This document shows positions 47,572 through 56,660 of a stretch of DNA of 64,000 nt, piece by piece. The stretch comes from an uncultured delta proteobacterium. GTDB lineage: Bacteria > Desulfobacterota > Zymogenia > Zymogenales > Zymogenaceae. Made by a program: the position numbers and the translations under genes. How positions within the stretch are numbered: the first letter of the stretch is position 1; every line of letters begins with the position of its first letter. The notes beneath the pieces were generated by a model. It worked only from the letters and a program-made list of their open reading frames with translations. It was not told the origin of the DNA and searched no databases. The stretch spans positions 288,001 through 352,000 of the forward strand of contig CAVTLK010000002.1 in the NCBI GenBank assembly GCA_963735595.1, read 5' to 3'.

Positions 47572-49640
47572 TGACACGATCAAAGAAACACGCCGATCAG
47601 ACCGAAGCGGTATTCCAGCACGACTTTGCCGATACGGCCGGGATGGCCGATTTCACCTTCAGGAACGCCGGCTCGCCCCCCAGGGGCTATCCGGAGCCCG
47701 CGCCCGATACATACTCCCAGGAACCGTTTGCCGATTCGTATCGGCAGCGCAGGGATGCCCTGATCGACCACTGCCTGAAAAACCCGGCCGGTCCGAACAT
47801 CAAGGGTTACTATTACGAGCTGGTGCGTATCGCGTGCGACAAGGGGCCCGTTCACGAGTCGTTGATAGAGGCCGCGCTGGACTATATCGACGAGCGCCGG
47901 GACTGTTCCGATTTTGTCATGCTGGGGATCGTCCGCCTCCTCTATCAGCTCAAGGGCAAGCGGCTCGTTAGTCAACGGCTCCTGGATCATGCCGAGCGGA
48001 CGGTGCTTTCCTTCAAATACACGCCGGACGAGCCCGGTATCGACTCGATGTGCTACTGGACCGAGAACCACTACATCATGTTCGCCGCCAACCAGTACCT
48101 GGCCGGTCAGCTCTTTCCCGACCGGGTCTTCACCAACTCGAAAGAGACCGGCCGCCGGCGGAGCGCTCGCGCCGAGCCGCGCATACTGGAATGGCTGGAC
48201 CTGCGGTACCGGACCGGGTTTTCGGAGTGGCTCTCCCATATCTACTACGACGAGGACATCACGGCGCTGGCCAACCTCATTGATTTTGCCCGAGACCAGG
48301 TTATCGTCACGCGGGCCCAGATCGTGCTTGACCTCCTGTTTCTGGACATGGCCCTCAATTCGTATCGCGGCGCCTTCGGGTCTTCGCACGGGCGAAGCTA
48401 CGGGGAGGAAAAGCGCAACGCCACGATCGAGTCGACGACCGATACGGCAAAACTCATGTTCGGTACCGGGATATTCGCCGGCGCGGACAACATGGGGGCG
48501 GTGTCGCTGGCGCTGGGAAACAATTACCGGCTGCCACGCGTCATCTACGAGATCGCCAATGACCGTGAGAGCGCGCTCACGATAAACCGGCAGCGCATGG
48601 GAATCCGGCTCAGAGAGGCGGCGCGGTGGGGGCTCTCGTATGACGATATGGACTCCGGCGCCCATTTCCTGACCCTGGAGGCCTATCTCCACCCGAAGAC
48701 CGTCAACCTTGTCCTGCGGATGTTTGACGCCTACCGGTGGTGGGATAACCAGTTCTTCGCCCCTTTCAAATCCTACCGCGTGCTCATACGGGTCCTCAGG
48801 ACCCTCGGCCTGATGCCGGTGCTGGCCCGGGTGCTCGAAAAGGACCTCTGCCGCAACACCCGTGAGGAGGTAAACCTCTACACGTGCAGGACCCCCGACT
48901 ATATGCTTTGCAGCGCCCAGGACTACCGGGCAGGGTTCGGGGGGGACCAGCAGCATATCTGGCAGGCGACCCTTTCCCCGACGGCCGTTTGTTTCACGAC
49001 CCATCCGGGGCACTCAAAGAACACCAGCGCGGGTTACTGGGTCGGGTCGGGAACGCTGCCGCGCGTGGCGCAGATCGAAAACGTGGTCATTGCGTGCTAC
49101 AACGCCTCGCGGATGCCGGGCCTCTACATGACAAACGAGCTGTTCTGCACCCACGCATGGCTTCCGAGGGACGCCTTCGACGAGGTTTTGGAGCGGGATG
49201 GGTGGGTCTTCGCGAGGAAGGACGACGGCTACCTCGCCCTGCGCTCACGGAACGACTGCCGGTGGCAGACCGAGGGGCCCGAGGCGGGGCGCGAGCTCAT
49301 CGCCGAGGGAAATAAGAACATCTGGATTTGCGAGATGGGAAACAGGCAGAAGGACGGCGATTTCGGTGCGTTCACCCGGCGGATTGCCGAAGCGCCGCTT
49401 TCCTTCCGAGGGTTTTCAGTCATATATGACAGCCCATCGGTAGGCAGGGTTCGTTTTGGCTGGAGGGGCCCGCTGACGCAAAACGACGCGGAGGTTTTAC
49501 TGCGAGACTACCCGCGGTACGATAGCCCGTATATGCTCACACCGTTTCCCGCCGGGGAAGTTTCCGTCGCCAGGGGGCCGCATCGGCTTCGCCTCAACCT
49601 GAACGAGAACCTCCGGGAGGCGAGCACGCTCGTGGAATAG
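47568..49640 (+). CDS. Uncharacterised 690-aa protein, possible carbohydrate-active enzyme
   Basis: Long intact ORF with an ATGA overlap; aromatic-rich motifs YWTENH, AGQLFPD, GFSEWLSHIYY, QQHIWQATL; helical N-half and beta-rich C-half judged by eye. Confidence 0.7.
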   Translation: MMTRSKKHADQTEAVFQHDFADTAGMADFTFRNAGSPPRGYPEPAPDTYSQEPFADSYRQRRDALIDHCLKNPAGPNIKGYYYELVRIACDKGPVHESLIEAALDYIDERRDCSDFVMLGIVRLLYQLKGKRLVSQRLLDHAERTVLSFKYTPDEPGIDSMCYWTENHYIMFAANQYLAGQLFPDRVFTNSKETGRRRSARAEPRILEWLDLRYRTGFSEWLSHIYYDEDITALANLIDFARDQVIVTRAQIVLDLLFLDMALNSYRGAFGSSHGRSYGEEKRNATIESTTDTAKLMFGTGIFAGADNMGAVSLALGNNYRLPRVIYEIANDRESALTINRQRMGIRLREAARWGLSYDDMDSGAHFLTLEAYLHPKTVNLVLRMFDAYRWWDNQFFAPFKSYRVLIRVLRTLGLMPVLARVLEKDLCRNTREEVNLYTCRTPDYMLCSAQDYRAGFGGDQQHIWQATLSPTAVCFTTHPGHSKNTSAGYWVGSGTLPRVAQIENVVIACYNASRMPGLYMTNELFCTHAWLPRDAFDEVLERDGWVFARKDDGYLALRSRNDCRWQTEGPEAGRELIAEGNKNIWICEMGNRQKDGDFGAFTRRIAEAPLSFRGFSVIYDSPSVGRVRFGWRGPLTQNDAEVLLRDYPRYDSPYMLTPFPAGEVSVARGPHRLRLNLNENLREASTLVE

Positions 49641-49643
49641 ACT

Positions 49644-49680
49644 AAGCGGCCGGGGAAGCAATCATGCCCCCCGGCCGTTT
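49644..49680. terminator. Hairpin terminator between convergent genes
   Basis: AAGCGGCCGGGG-loop-CCCCGGCCGTTT directly after stop 49640. Confidence 0.65.
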
Positions 49681-49715
49681 GATTTTCGATCGAGCGGGTA
49701 TAGGAATAGTATTGC

Positions 49716-50255
49716 TTAGGCGGCTACCATTCTCATATCACGCTTGAGCGTTTCCATGCGGATACGCCCGCGCTCCCGCGTTTTTTTGATCCCGCCGTCT
49801 ATCTTTTTTAGTTCGCTGAGGAGCTGCGCATCGCGCTGGTCGTGGCCGACGATCCACCGATGGAGGAGATCGCTTTCGAGACTGAGATGCTGTCTGAGGA
49901 TGTGGATGTATTGTGTAGCGTAATGAGGAAAGACCGCCCGCGCACCCTGATAGCCGAGGTCATAGGCCTCGATGACCTTGAGGAGAAACCGCTCGTATTT
50001 CCACAGGCTTGCGTGGGTTTCTTCACATTCCTGTCTGAGAGTTTCCACCCCGGGGCTTCCGAGGAGCGATAGAAGGAATTCCTCCCGTTTCATGTGGGAG
50101 ACATCGATATACATCTGCAGGAGTTCGATGATCTCCTTGAGCATATAAGGTGGAACCTCCTTATTCTGTTCCATCCGCCGGGCGGAGTGATCGAGCATCT
50201 CGAGCAGGGATTCTATGACCCGTTCTTCTTTCTTGACATATTCAATCGATTTCAT
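49716..50255 (-). CDS. Hemerythrin-like (HHE) domain protein
   Basis: SD GGAGGT before ATG 50255; YIDVSHMKREE, ETH, LRQHLSLE in a four-helix pattern. Confidence 0.75.
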   Translation of the reverse strand: MKSIEYVKKEERVIESLLEMLDHSARRMEQNKEVPPYMLKEIIELLQMYIDVSHMKREEFLLSLLGSPGVETLRQECEETHASLWKYERFLLKVIEAYDLGYQGARAVFPHYATQYIHILRQHLSLESDLLHRWIVGHDQRDAQLLSELKKIDGGIKKTRERGRIRMETLKRDMRMVAA

Positions 50256-50456
50256 ACTACCCACCTCCAAGACGTCATGTATCTGTGGGATTTTTGTTCG
50301 AAGCACCATCAAGGAGAGCCATTTACTATAAATTAGTCATGATACATCAGGTTTCAAGGCGTTATAGATCGCCTCGGAAAATAACAGAACTTCTTTTCAT
50401 GTGACGTAACAGAAAGGGGATATCCTCCTCTCATTGATCCTTCGCTTGTCCTTCCT

Positions 50457-51221
50457 TCATACCTTTTCCAGGATCTCTTTGGCCAGGTTCAGATAGGCCC
50501 GCGCCCCAACCGAGCTGACATCAAACAGGACCGCCGGATTGCCCCTCTTGGGGACTTCCGCCAGACGGGAGTTACGGGGAACGATCGTCTCAAATACCTT
50601 GGTCTTGAGGTCGCGTCTGAGGTCATAGGCCACCTCCTTTGATGTTGTAGTCCTTCCGTCCACCATAGTCAGGAGAAATCCGAGGAGCTTAAGATCCGGG
50701 TTATATCTTCCCCCCACGACGCGGGCCATCCTCATCAGACGTCCGATAGTCTTGAGTGCGAAGTATTCGCTCTGTACGGGAACCAGCAGGTAGTCGGCCG
50801 CGGCGATACCGGCCATCGTTACTGCGCCCAGCGAAGGGGGACAGTCTACGATGATGAACTCGTATTCCGCCTTGAGCACGTCGAGGATTCGCTTTATGAT
50901 GAGCAGGTCGTCGTTGATTGTGGAAAGGTAGAGCGTCTCCTCGTCATTTGTCCAGATGTTTGAGGGGATGAAACTAAGATACTCGATTTCGGTTCCGTGA
51001 ATGAGACGCTTCGGTTCGGCCTTATCGATAACGGCGTTGTACATCCCGCCGCGAAGCTGCTCCCGATCCCGTCCGAAGCTGATCCAGAGCCCGCACTGGG
51101 GATCAATGCCCACCACGAGGGTATTGCGCTCATACACGCCCAGGGAAGCGCCAAGATTAACCGCCGTGGTGGTTTTCCCAACCCCACCTTTTTGACTGGC
51201 TATCGTTATGACAATGCCCAT
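50457..51221 (-). CDS. ParA-family ATPase (ParC/PpfA-like, chemosensory-associated)
   Basis: SQKGGVGKTT, IDPQ, DCPPSLG, VPVQSEYFAL, LLTMVDGR, VPRNSRLAE; last gene of the che cluster, no parB nearby. Confidence 0.9.
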   Translation of the reverse strand: MGIVITIASQKGGVGKTTTAVNLGASLGVYERNTLVVGIDPQCGLWISFGRDREQLRGGMYNAVIDKAEPKRLIHGTEIEYLSFIPSNIWTNDEETLYLSTINDDLLIIKRILDVLKAEYEFIIVDCPPSLGAVTMAGIAAADYLLVPVQSEYFALKTIGRLMRMARVVGGRYNPDLKLLGFLLTMVDGRTTTSKEVAYDLRRDLKTKVFETIVPRNSRLAEVPKRGNPAVLFDVSSVGARAYLNLAKEILEKV

Positions 51222-51245
51222 ACGACCGCACCTCTCATAAACGGC

Positions 51246-52364
51246 TCAATGTCCGTTGGTGACCATAAGGTCGATCATCGCCGGGATCTGCTGGAGGGAA
51301 AGGACCGTATCGACAACGCCGTCTGCGATGGCCGATTTCGGCATTCCGAAGACGAGAGACGTCTTCTCGTCCTGGGCAATGGTCCTGCCTCCCATGATCT
51401 TGATCGCCTTGAAACCCCGCGAACCGTCCTTGCCCATCCCCGTGAGGATAACCCCGATCGTCTTTTGGCCGAAAATCGCCGCGGCCGAATAGAATAGGGT
51501 GTCGATCGAGGGAGTCGGTTTCGCTTGATCAGTACCCGCCTGCTGAAGCCCTATTTGCGGCGCCAGAAAAGACTTCTTGATCGTTATATCGTAATCGCCG
51601 GGGGCTACCAGAACCTTCCCGCCCTCCACGATTTCGCCATCCTGGGCCTCCACGACCGGCAGATGGCAAACCCGGTTAAGCCTTTCCGCGAAGAAGCGCG
51701 TAAAGAAACGGGGCATATGCTGAACGACGACGATGCCGACCGGGAAATTATCCCTGATTTTGCTCAGGATAAACTCGACGGCCTTTGGCCCTCCCGTCGA
51801 GGCGCCGATGACGACTACCTTGTTGTCGGACAGCTGCATCAGCTCCTGTCTGGTGTACCCTGACAGCGGCCTCTTGGGTGCTTCATCATGCAGCCGCGCG
51901 TCCATAGCCGCATCTTCTGCCCCCTTGATAGACAGGTAATACTCCATGTTGATAGCCGCGGCCGCCCTTATCTTAGCGATGAGCTCCTCCTTCAGGAACT
52001 GAAAGTTGAGCAGCATCGATCCTTTCTGAGGCTTCGTGATAAAATCGACGGCGCCGAGGTTAATAGCCCGAATCGTGATATTGGCCCCTTCCTTTGTGAG
52101 TCCGGAAAGCATGATGACGGGCGCCTGGTATTGTTCGACGAGCTCCCGTAATGCCGACAAACCGTCCATAGTGGGCATGATCACGTCCATGGTCACGACA
52201 TCGGGCTTGAATTCAATGTACTTCTTGATCGCCTCTTTACCGTCGGCCGCCAGCGCCGCGATCTCGATATCGGGTGTTTCTTCGACGACCTGGGTAATAG
52301 CCCGCCTGATAATCGCGGAATCGTCTACGACCAGGACCCTTATCTTCTTGCTATCCATTTTCAA
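51246..52364 (-). CDS. cheB: Chemotaxis response regulator methylesterase CheB
   Basis: REC domain (VVDDS, TMDVIMP, ITKP) plus the triad motifs GASTGGP, VQHMP, LTGMGKDG. The start may be ATG 52358. Confidence 0.95.
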   Translation of the reverse strand: MKMDSKKIRVLVVDDSAIIRRAITQVVEETPDIEIAALAADGKEAIKKYIEFKPDVVTMDVIMPTMDGLSALRELVEQYQAPVIMLSGLTKEGANITIRAINLGAVDFITKPQKGSMLLNFQFLKEELIAKIRAAAAINMEYYLSIKGAEDAAMDARLHDEAPKRPLSGYTRQELMQLSDNKVVVIGASTGGPKAVEFILSKIRDNFPVGIVVVQHMPRFFTRFFAERLNRVCHLPVVEAQDGEIVEGGKVLVAPGDYDITIKKSFLAPQIGLQQAGTDQAKPTPSIDTLFYSAAAIFGQKTIGVILTGMGKDGSRGFKAIKIMGGRTIAQDEKTSLVFGMPKSAIADGVVDTVLSLQQIPAMIDLMVTNGH

Positions 52365-52384
52365 CTCGATCCAGCGTTACCCGT

Positions 52385-55300
52385 CTATAGTTCTTCTTCC
52401 GGTTGATCCGGCGCCGGTGTTCGTTTGGGTTTGTAGCGTTCAAGCGTCTGATGCTTACGTATTGCCTTTTCCCGTTCTATGGCCAGATTTACCAATTCCA
52501 CTACGTCAAGTATCAGCGAGATAGAACCATCCCCCATGATTGAGGCGCCGGAAACTCCCTTGGTGTTGGCAAAATTCTTTTCAAGTGACTTGATGACGAT
52601 ATTGTCTTCCCCGACCAGCCGGTCGACCATCAGTCCAACCTCTCTGCCCTCGGCGGAAAGAATAACGATAAATAGATGCGTCGGCGGACTCGCGTCACCG
52701 GTTTGCCAGCCCATATTGGCCTTGAAGATTTCGCTGAGCTTGATAAGGGGCAGCACCTTGTCCCGTATCCTCAGGACCTGGTGGCTCTCGATCGTCTCTA
52801 TCTCTTCGATACCGATGCGGACAGTCTCAATGATAGACACCAGAGGGATCGCGTACACACGATCGGATATCCCCACAATCAGGGCCTGAATAATCGCCAG
52901 CGTCAGCGGCAGCTTGATCATAAAAGAGGTTCCGTTGTCCTTCACCGTCATGACTTCGACGGTTCCTTTCAGCTTTTCAATGTTTCTTTTAACAATGTCA
53001 AGCCCAACTCCCCTGCCGGAGACCTTACTGACCTTCCTGGCCATTGAGACCCCCGGCTTGAAGAGGTAGTCAAGGGCCTCACGGTCGGACACGCGGGAAA
53101 GCTCCTGGGCGGCAACCTCACCGTCGGCTACCATTCGCTTCTTCACGTCTTCCAGGTCGATTCCCTTTCCGTCGTCCTTTATATCTATGATGACCTGGTT
53201 ACCTTGATGGTACGCCGAGATTGAAAGCGTGCCTTCCTCCGGTTTTCCTTTCTTCTTTCGTTCTTCCCGGGACTCAATGCCGTGGTCTATCGAGTTGCGG
53301 ATGATGTGGATGAGGGGATCTCCGATTTCCTCGATGACCGACTTATCCAGTTCGGTCTCTTTGCCGGTAATCACGAGTTTGATATCCTTGTCCATGGCGT
53401 CGGCGAGATCGCGCACGAGCCGGGGAAAACGGGAGAAAAGCTGATTGATTCCGACCATCCTGACCCGCATGACTCCCTCCTGCAGGTCGTTGCTGATCCG
53501 TCCCAACTCCATTGCCGATGACTCGAGATCGAGGGCGAGCTGCCGAAGCAGGGAAAGCTCCCGCTTATTGAGTTTATCAAGATCATACATCTCCCGATAT
53601 ACGTCTCTGAAAACCCCGGTCAGCTGGGAGAATGTCGCCCTGTTTACGGCGAGCTCTCCTACAAGATTCATGATCGTATCAACACGCTCTGTTTCGACAC
53701 GCAGTGTCTGTCGCGAGTATGGAGCATCTGCGGGAAGCTCTCCGTCGTCTCCGGTCGGCTCACCGCCATCGGCGCCTCCCGGCCCGGCGCCCGCGTGGGT
53801 TTGCTCAGCGGAATCGATGGATACCGATTCCGACATACCGCTCAGGTCCATACGATCGCCGCCGATGTGTTCGGGGGACGGCTCGTCGGCGGCATCAACC
53901 GCGTCTTGCAGACCCTCGGCATCGGGGCGGGTTTTACCGGATACCGGGAGGGATTGGGAGCCCGTCAGCGAACCGATTTCTTCCTTCAATTTCGCATAAG
54001 ACTCCTCAAGGGCGGGGAGAATCGTTAACCCATCGTCAGTAACCGCCGATCCGTTGTTCAGGATCGTAAGCTGCTTATCGACGATATCAATCATCGAATA
54101 GTATCCCATGAATTTTGCCGAGGATTTGAGGCTCTCGAGGGCCTTCTTGCATACCTCGATACTTTCGGGAACGTCGGCCTTCTGTTTGATATGGGAGATA
54201 CAGGTATTGATCGTATCCAGGTGCTGGCCGGCTGCAGAAACGAAGATATCAAGGAGCTCCTCGTCCTCCGTGGTCTCCTGTTCCGAAGGCTCAGTAACGT
54301 CCACTGTCTCGGCCTTAACTACGGATTTCCTGAGCCCGCTCTTGAGATCGATGAGCCCGTTTATCAAAAGGTCCAAATCGGCCTGCTTAAGGCCCTCCTT
54401 GTCTGCCATGTATGTATCGATGAGCGTACGAATCGAGTCAAGGCGCTCTACGATGGTGTCGTATTCCATGTAGTGGGCCGATCTCCTGAGCTTCTGGAGG
54501 ACATCGAGCACCTCGGAGAGCGACTCCCGGTCGGCCGTCCTCTCCCGGATCTTCTGTTGATGTTTATCTATTATCGAGAAGAGATCGACGGTCGCCGACA
54601 GGAAGATGTCGATCAGCTCTTCGTCGTGACCGGCTGTCAGATCTTCAACAACTTCTTTGTTTGCCTGAGGGCCGCGCGCTGCAGGCGAGCCGCTGCGCCG
54701 CGGCTGACTCGGTTGAATCGGCTGAGTTACGCGCGCGGTATGGTCGTCCTTGAAGAATGACACGATGTCCTTGGCGAGCTTGAGGCTGATGCCGTTGACC
54801 GACTCCAGCTCTTCAATACGCGCATTTCTGAGCGACCCTATGGAACGAAAGCCGGCCTTATAGAGGAGTTTCACCTTGGAGCCGCCCACCCCCGGTATGA
54901 TGGTAAACTCCTTTATGGCCTGGTCGAGGGAGAGATCGCCGCCCGTATCTTTTGAGCTTTGTTCAGCTATCCCTCCCTGCCCGGATTTGTGTTTCCTGAC
55001 AAAGTCCTTAATATGGTCTAATGCCTTGTAGAAACTCAGGAGCTCGGTGCTGTTTATGTTTTCGCCTTCCTCTAAGAGCGCCAGAGCAGAATTCCTCATC
55101 CCCGCCAGTACGTTCTTGAGCTCATCGTAGCCAAAATACTCTATCGAGGAGGAAAAGCTGCTCACCAGATCCAGGAAGCGGTTCAGCTCCTCGATGGTCA
55201 TGTTGCCTTCAAGAGTCCCGAGCCCCCGCTCAAGGTCCTTTATGTGATGGGCAACGATCTCCCCGATACCCTCGTCGAAGATATCCGTCTGGCCCGTGCC

Positions 55301-55801
55301 GCCGCCCGCGCGATCGTCCGGTATGTCCTGATTCTTCCGCTCGTCACGTGTGGGAGGCGTCATCTCCGGCTCAGGACTCCGGTCAACAGGGCCTGCGGGA
55401 CTTATAAGGTCTTTTTCGCCCATAGATTCGAACGCGCCCCTGATCTTCGTTATGATCCGGTCGGTATCGGTCAACTCTTCGCCGGTTGTCGAGAGGTCAT
55501 TGAGAAGAGAATCGATACCGTCCTTTCCGTAAAACAGGACGTCGATGATTTCCCGGTTTATCTCGATCTTGCCCTGGCGAACCCGCTCGAGACACCCCTC
55601 CAATACGTGGAGGAAATCACCGAGTTTTACCAGGCCGATATAGTTTGCCGAGCCTTTGATGGTGTGTATGGACCGGAAGATCTGATTGAGGACCTCCTTG
55701 TTTTGGGGTTCCTCGAGGATCCGGTTGAGCGATTCTTCCAATTCCGCCAGGTGCTCGTTGCTCTCTATAATGAATTCCTTGAGCAATTCTTCGTCATACA
55801 T
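52385..55801 (-). CDS. cheA: Chemotaxis histidine kinase CheA, 1138 aa, expanded N-terminal region
   Basis: Hpt FRSIHTIKG (His46), dimerisation domain TLRVETERVDTIMNLVGEL, HIIRNSIDHGIE, DDGKGID, SGRGVGLDIV, LPLTLAI and a C-terminal CheW domain. Confidence 0.96.
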   Translation of the reverse strand: MYDEELLKEFIIESNEHLAELEESLNRILEEPQNKEVLNQIFRSIHTIKGSANYIGLVKLGDFLHVLEGCLERVRQGKIEINREIIDVLFYGKDGIDSLLNDLSTTGEELTDTDRIITKIRGAFESMGEKDLISPAGPVDRSPEPEMTPPTRDERKNQDIPDDRAGGGTGQTDIFDEGIGEIVAHHIKDLERGLGTLEGNMTIEELNRFLDLVSSFSSSIEYFGYDELKNVLAGMRNSALALLEEGENINSTELLSFYKALDHIKDFVRKHKSGQGGIAEQSSKDTGGDLSLDQAIKEFTIIPGVGGSKVKLLYKAGFRSIGSLRNARIEELESVNGISLKLAKDIVSFFKDDHTARVTQPIQPSQPRRSGSPAARGPQANKEVVEDLTAGHDEELIDIFLSATVDLFSIIDKHQQKIRERTADRESLSEVLDVLQKLRRSAHYMEYDTIVERLDSIRTLIDTYMADKEGLKQADLDLLINGLIDLKSGLRKSVVKAETVDVTEPSEQETTEDEELLDIFVSAAGQHLDTINTCISHIKQKADVPESIEVCKKALESLKSSAKFMGYYSMIDIVDKQLTILNNGSAVTDDGLTILPALEESYAKLKEEIGSLTGSQSLPVSGKTRPDAEGLQDAVDAADEPSPEHIGGDRMDLSGMSESVSIDSAEQTHAGAGPGGADGGEPTGDDGELPADAPYSRQTLRVETERVDTIMNLVGELAVNRATFSQLTGVFRDVYREMYDLDKLNKRELSLLRQLALDLESSAMELGRISNDLQEGVMRVRMVGINQLFSRFPRLVRDLADAMDKDIKLVITGKETELDKSVIEEIGDPLIHIIRNSIDHGIESREERKKKGKPEEGTLSISAYHQGNQVIIDIKDDGKGIDLEDVKKRMVADGEVAAQELSRVSDREALDYLFKPGVSMARKVSKVSGRGVGLDIVKRNIEKLKGTVEVMTVKDNGTSFMIKLPLTLAIIQALIVGISDRVYAIPLVSIIETVRIGIEEIETIESHQVLRIRDKVLPLIKLSEIFKANMGWQTGDASPPTHLFIVILSAEGREVGLMVDRLVGEDNIVIKSLEKNFANTKGVSGASIMGDGSISLILDVVELVNLAIEREKAIRKHQTLERYKPKRTPAPDQPEEEL

Positions 55802-55892
55802 GACGCCACCTTTATAGTGCTGAGGTTATCAATACCCACGGGTTATCGTTTTTGACGGGGCATCCTACTATCCTTCCCCGTTTCTAATTCGG

Positions 55893-56654
55893 TTATATGC
55901 TCGTATACAGTATATGGATTCCGACAAATAACATTACGAAAATAAAGAACTCCCTGAGCGAGTCTGTGCGCATACGCCGCGATATCTGAGAGCCGAGATA
56001 CGATCCGATAATTACGCCCGGCAGCCCCCACGCAACCGCCATAGGAGACAGGCTCCCGCCGAGCGACAGATGGGCGGTCAGGCCCATAACGACAACGATG
56101 AACATAACCGCAAGGGCCGTGCCGACGGCCACTTCCATACTGTAGTTGAGCCTTTTGACCATGGACGGCACAATAAAATCGCCGACGCCGATGGACAAGA
56201 GACCGCTCAGGAACGAAAAGAAGAACGGGATATACCCGACACGGGCGGCCTGTCTTACGCCTACGCGTCGGAGCTCGTTGTCCATATACCAATCCCGGCC
56301 GGAAAGGAAGAAGATGGCCAAACCGACGGCCGCCGTTCCCAGTCCCAGCCTCAGCACGTTATCGGGGAGGTACGTGCCCACGACGGAGCCGGCTATTACC
56401 ATCGGCAGCGCCAGGCCTGCGTAAAAGAGAGCCACTTTGATGTCTACCCTCCCGGACCGCCAGTATGCGATGGTCCCGACCCCCATCCCCCCTACCTGGA
56501 TAGCCAGCGCAGTGGTGATGGCCTCCGGTGGCTGAATGCGGTACAGGAGGATTAGCACGGGCGACCACAAGATCCCCCCTCCAATGCCGAGCATAACGGC
56601 TACCGTGGAAATGGCAATCCCAAAAAGGAAGATCGTAAACGGAAACTGCTCCAT
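55893..56654 (-). CDS. TSUP family (TauE/SafE) membrane transporter
   Basis: 253 aa, about 8 TM; LGIGGGILWSP and LSIGVGDFIVP repeats, AVGTAL, IGSYLGSQI. Confidence 0.88.
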   Translation of the reverse strand: MEQFPFTIFLFGIAISTVAVMLGIGGGILWSPVLILLYRIQPPEAITTALAIQVGGMGVGTIAYWRSGRVDIKVALFYAGLALPMVIAGSVVGTYLPDNVLRLGLGTAAVGLAIFFLSGRDWYMDNELRRVGVRQAARVGYIPFFFSFLSGLLSIGVGDFIVPSMVKRLNYSMEVAVGTALAVMFIVVVMGLTAHLSLGGSLSPMAVAWGLPGVIIGSYLGSQISRRMRTDSLREFFIFVMLFVGIHILYTSI

Positions 56655-56660
56655 AGGGTT

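Noticed and set aside
50457..51221. Plasmid/chromosome partition locus or prophage
   Set aside because: No parB, parS, rep, integrase or phage genes; the che-operon context explains the ParA.
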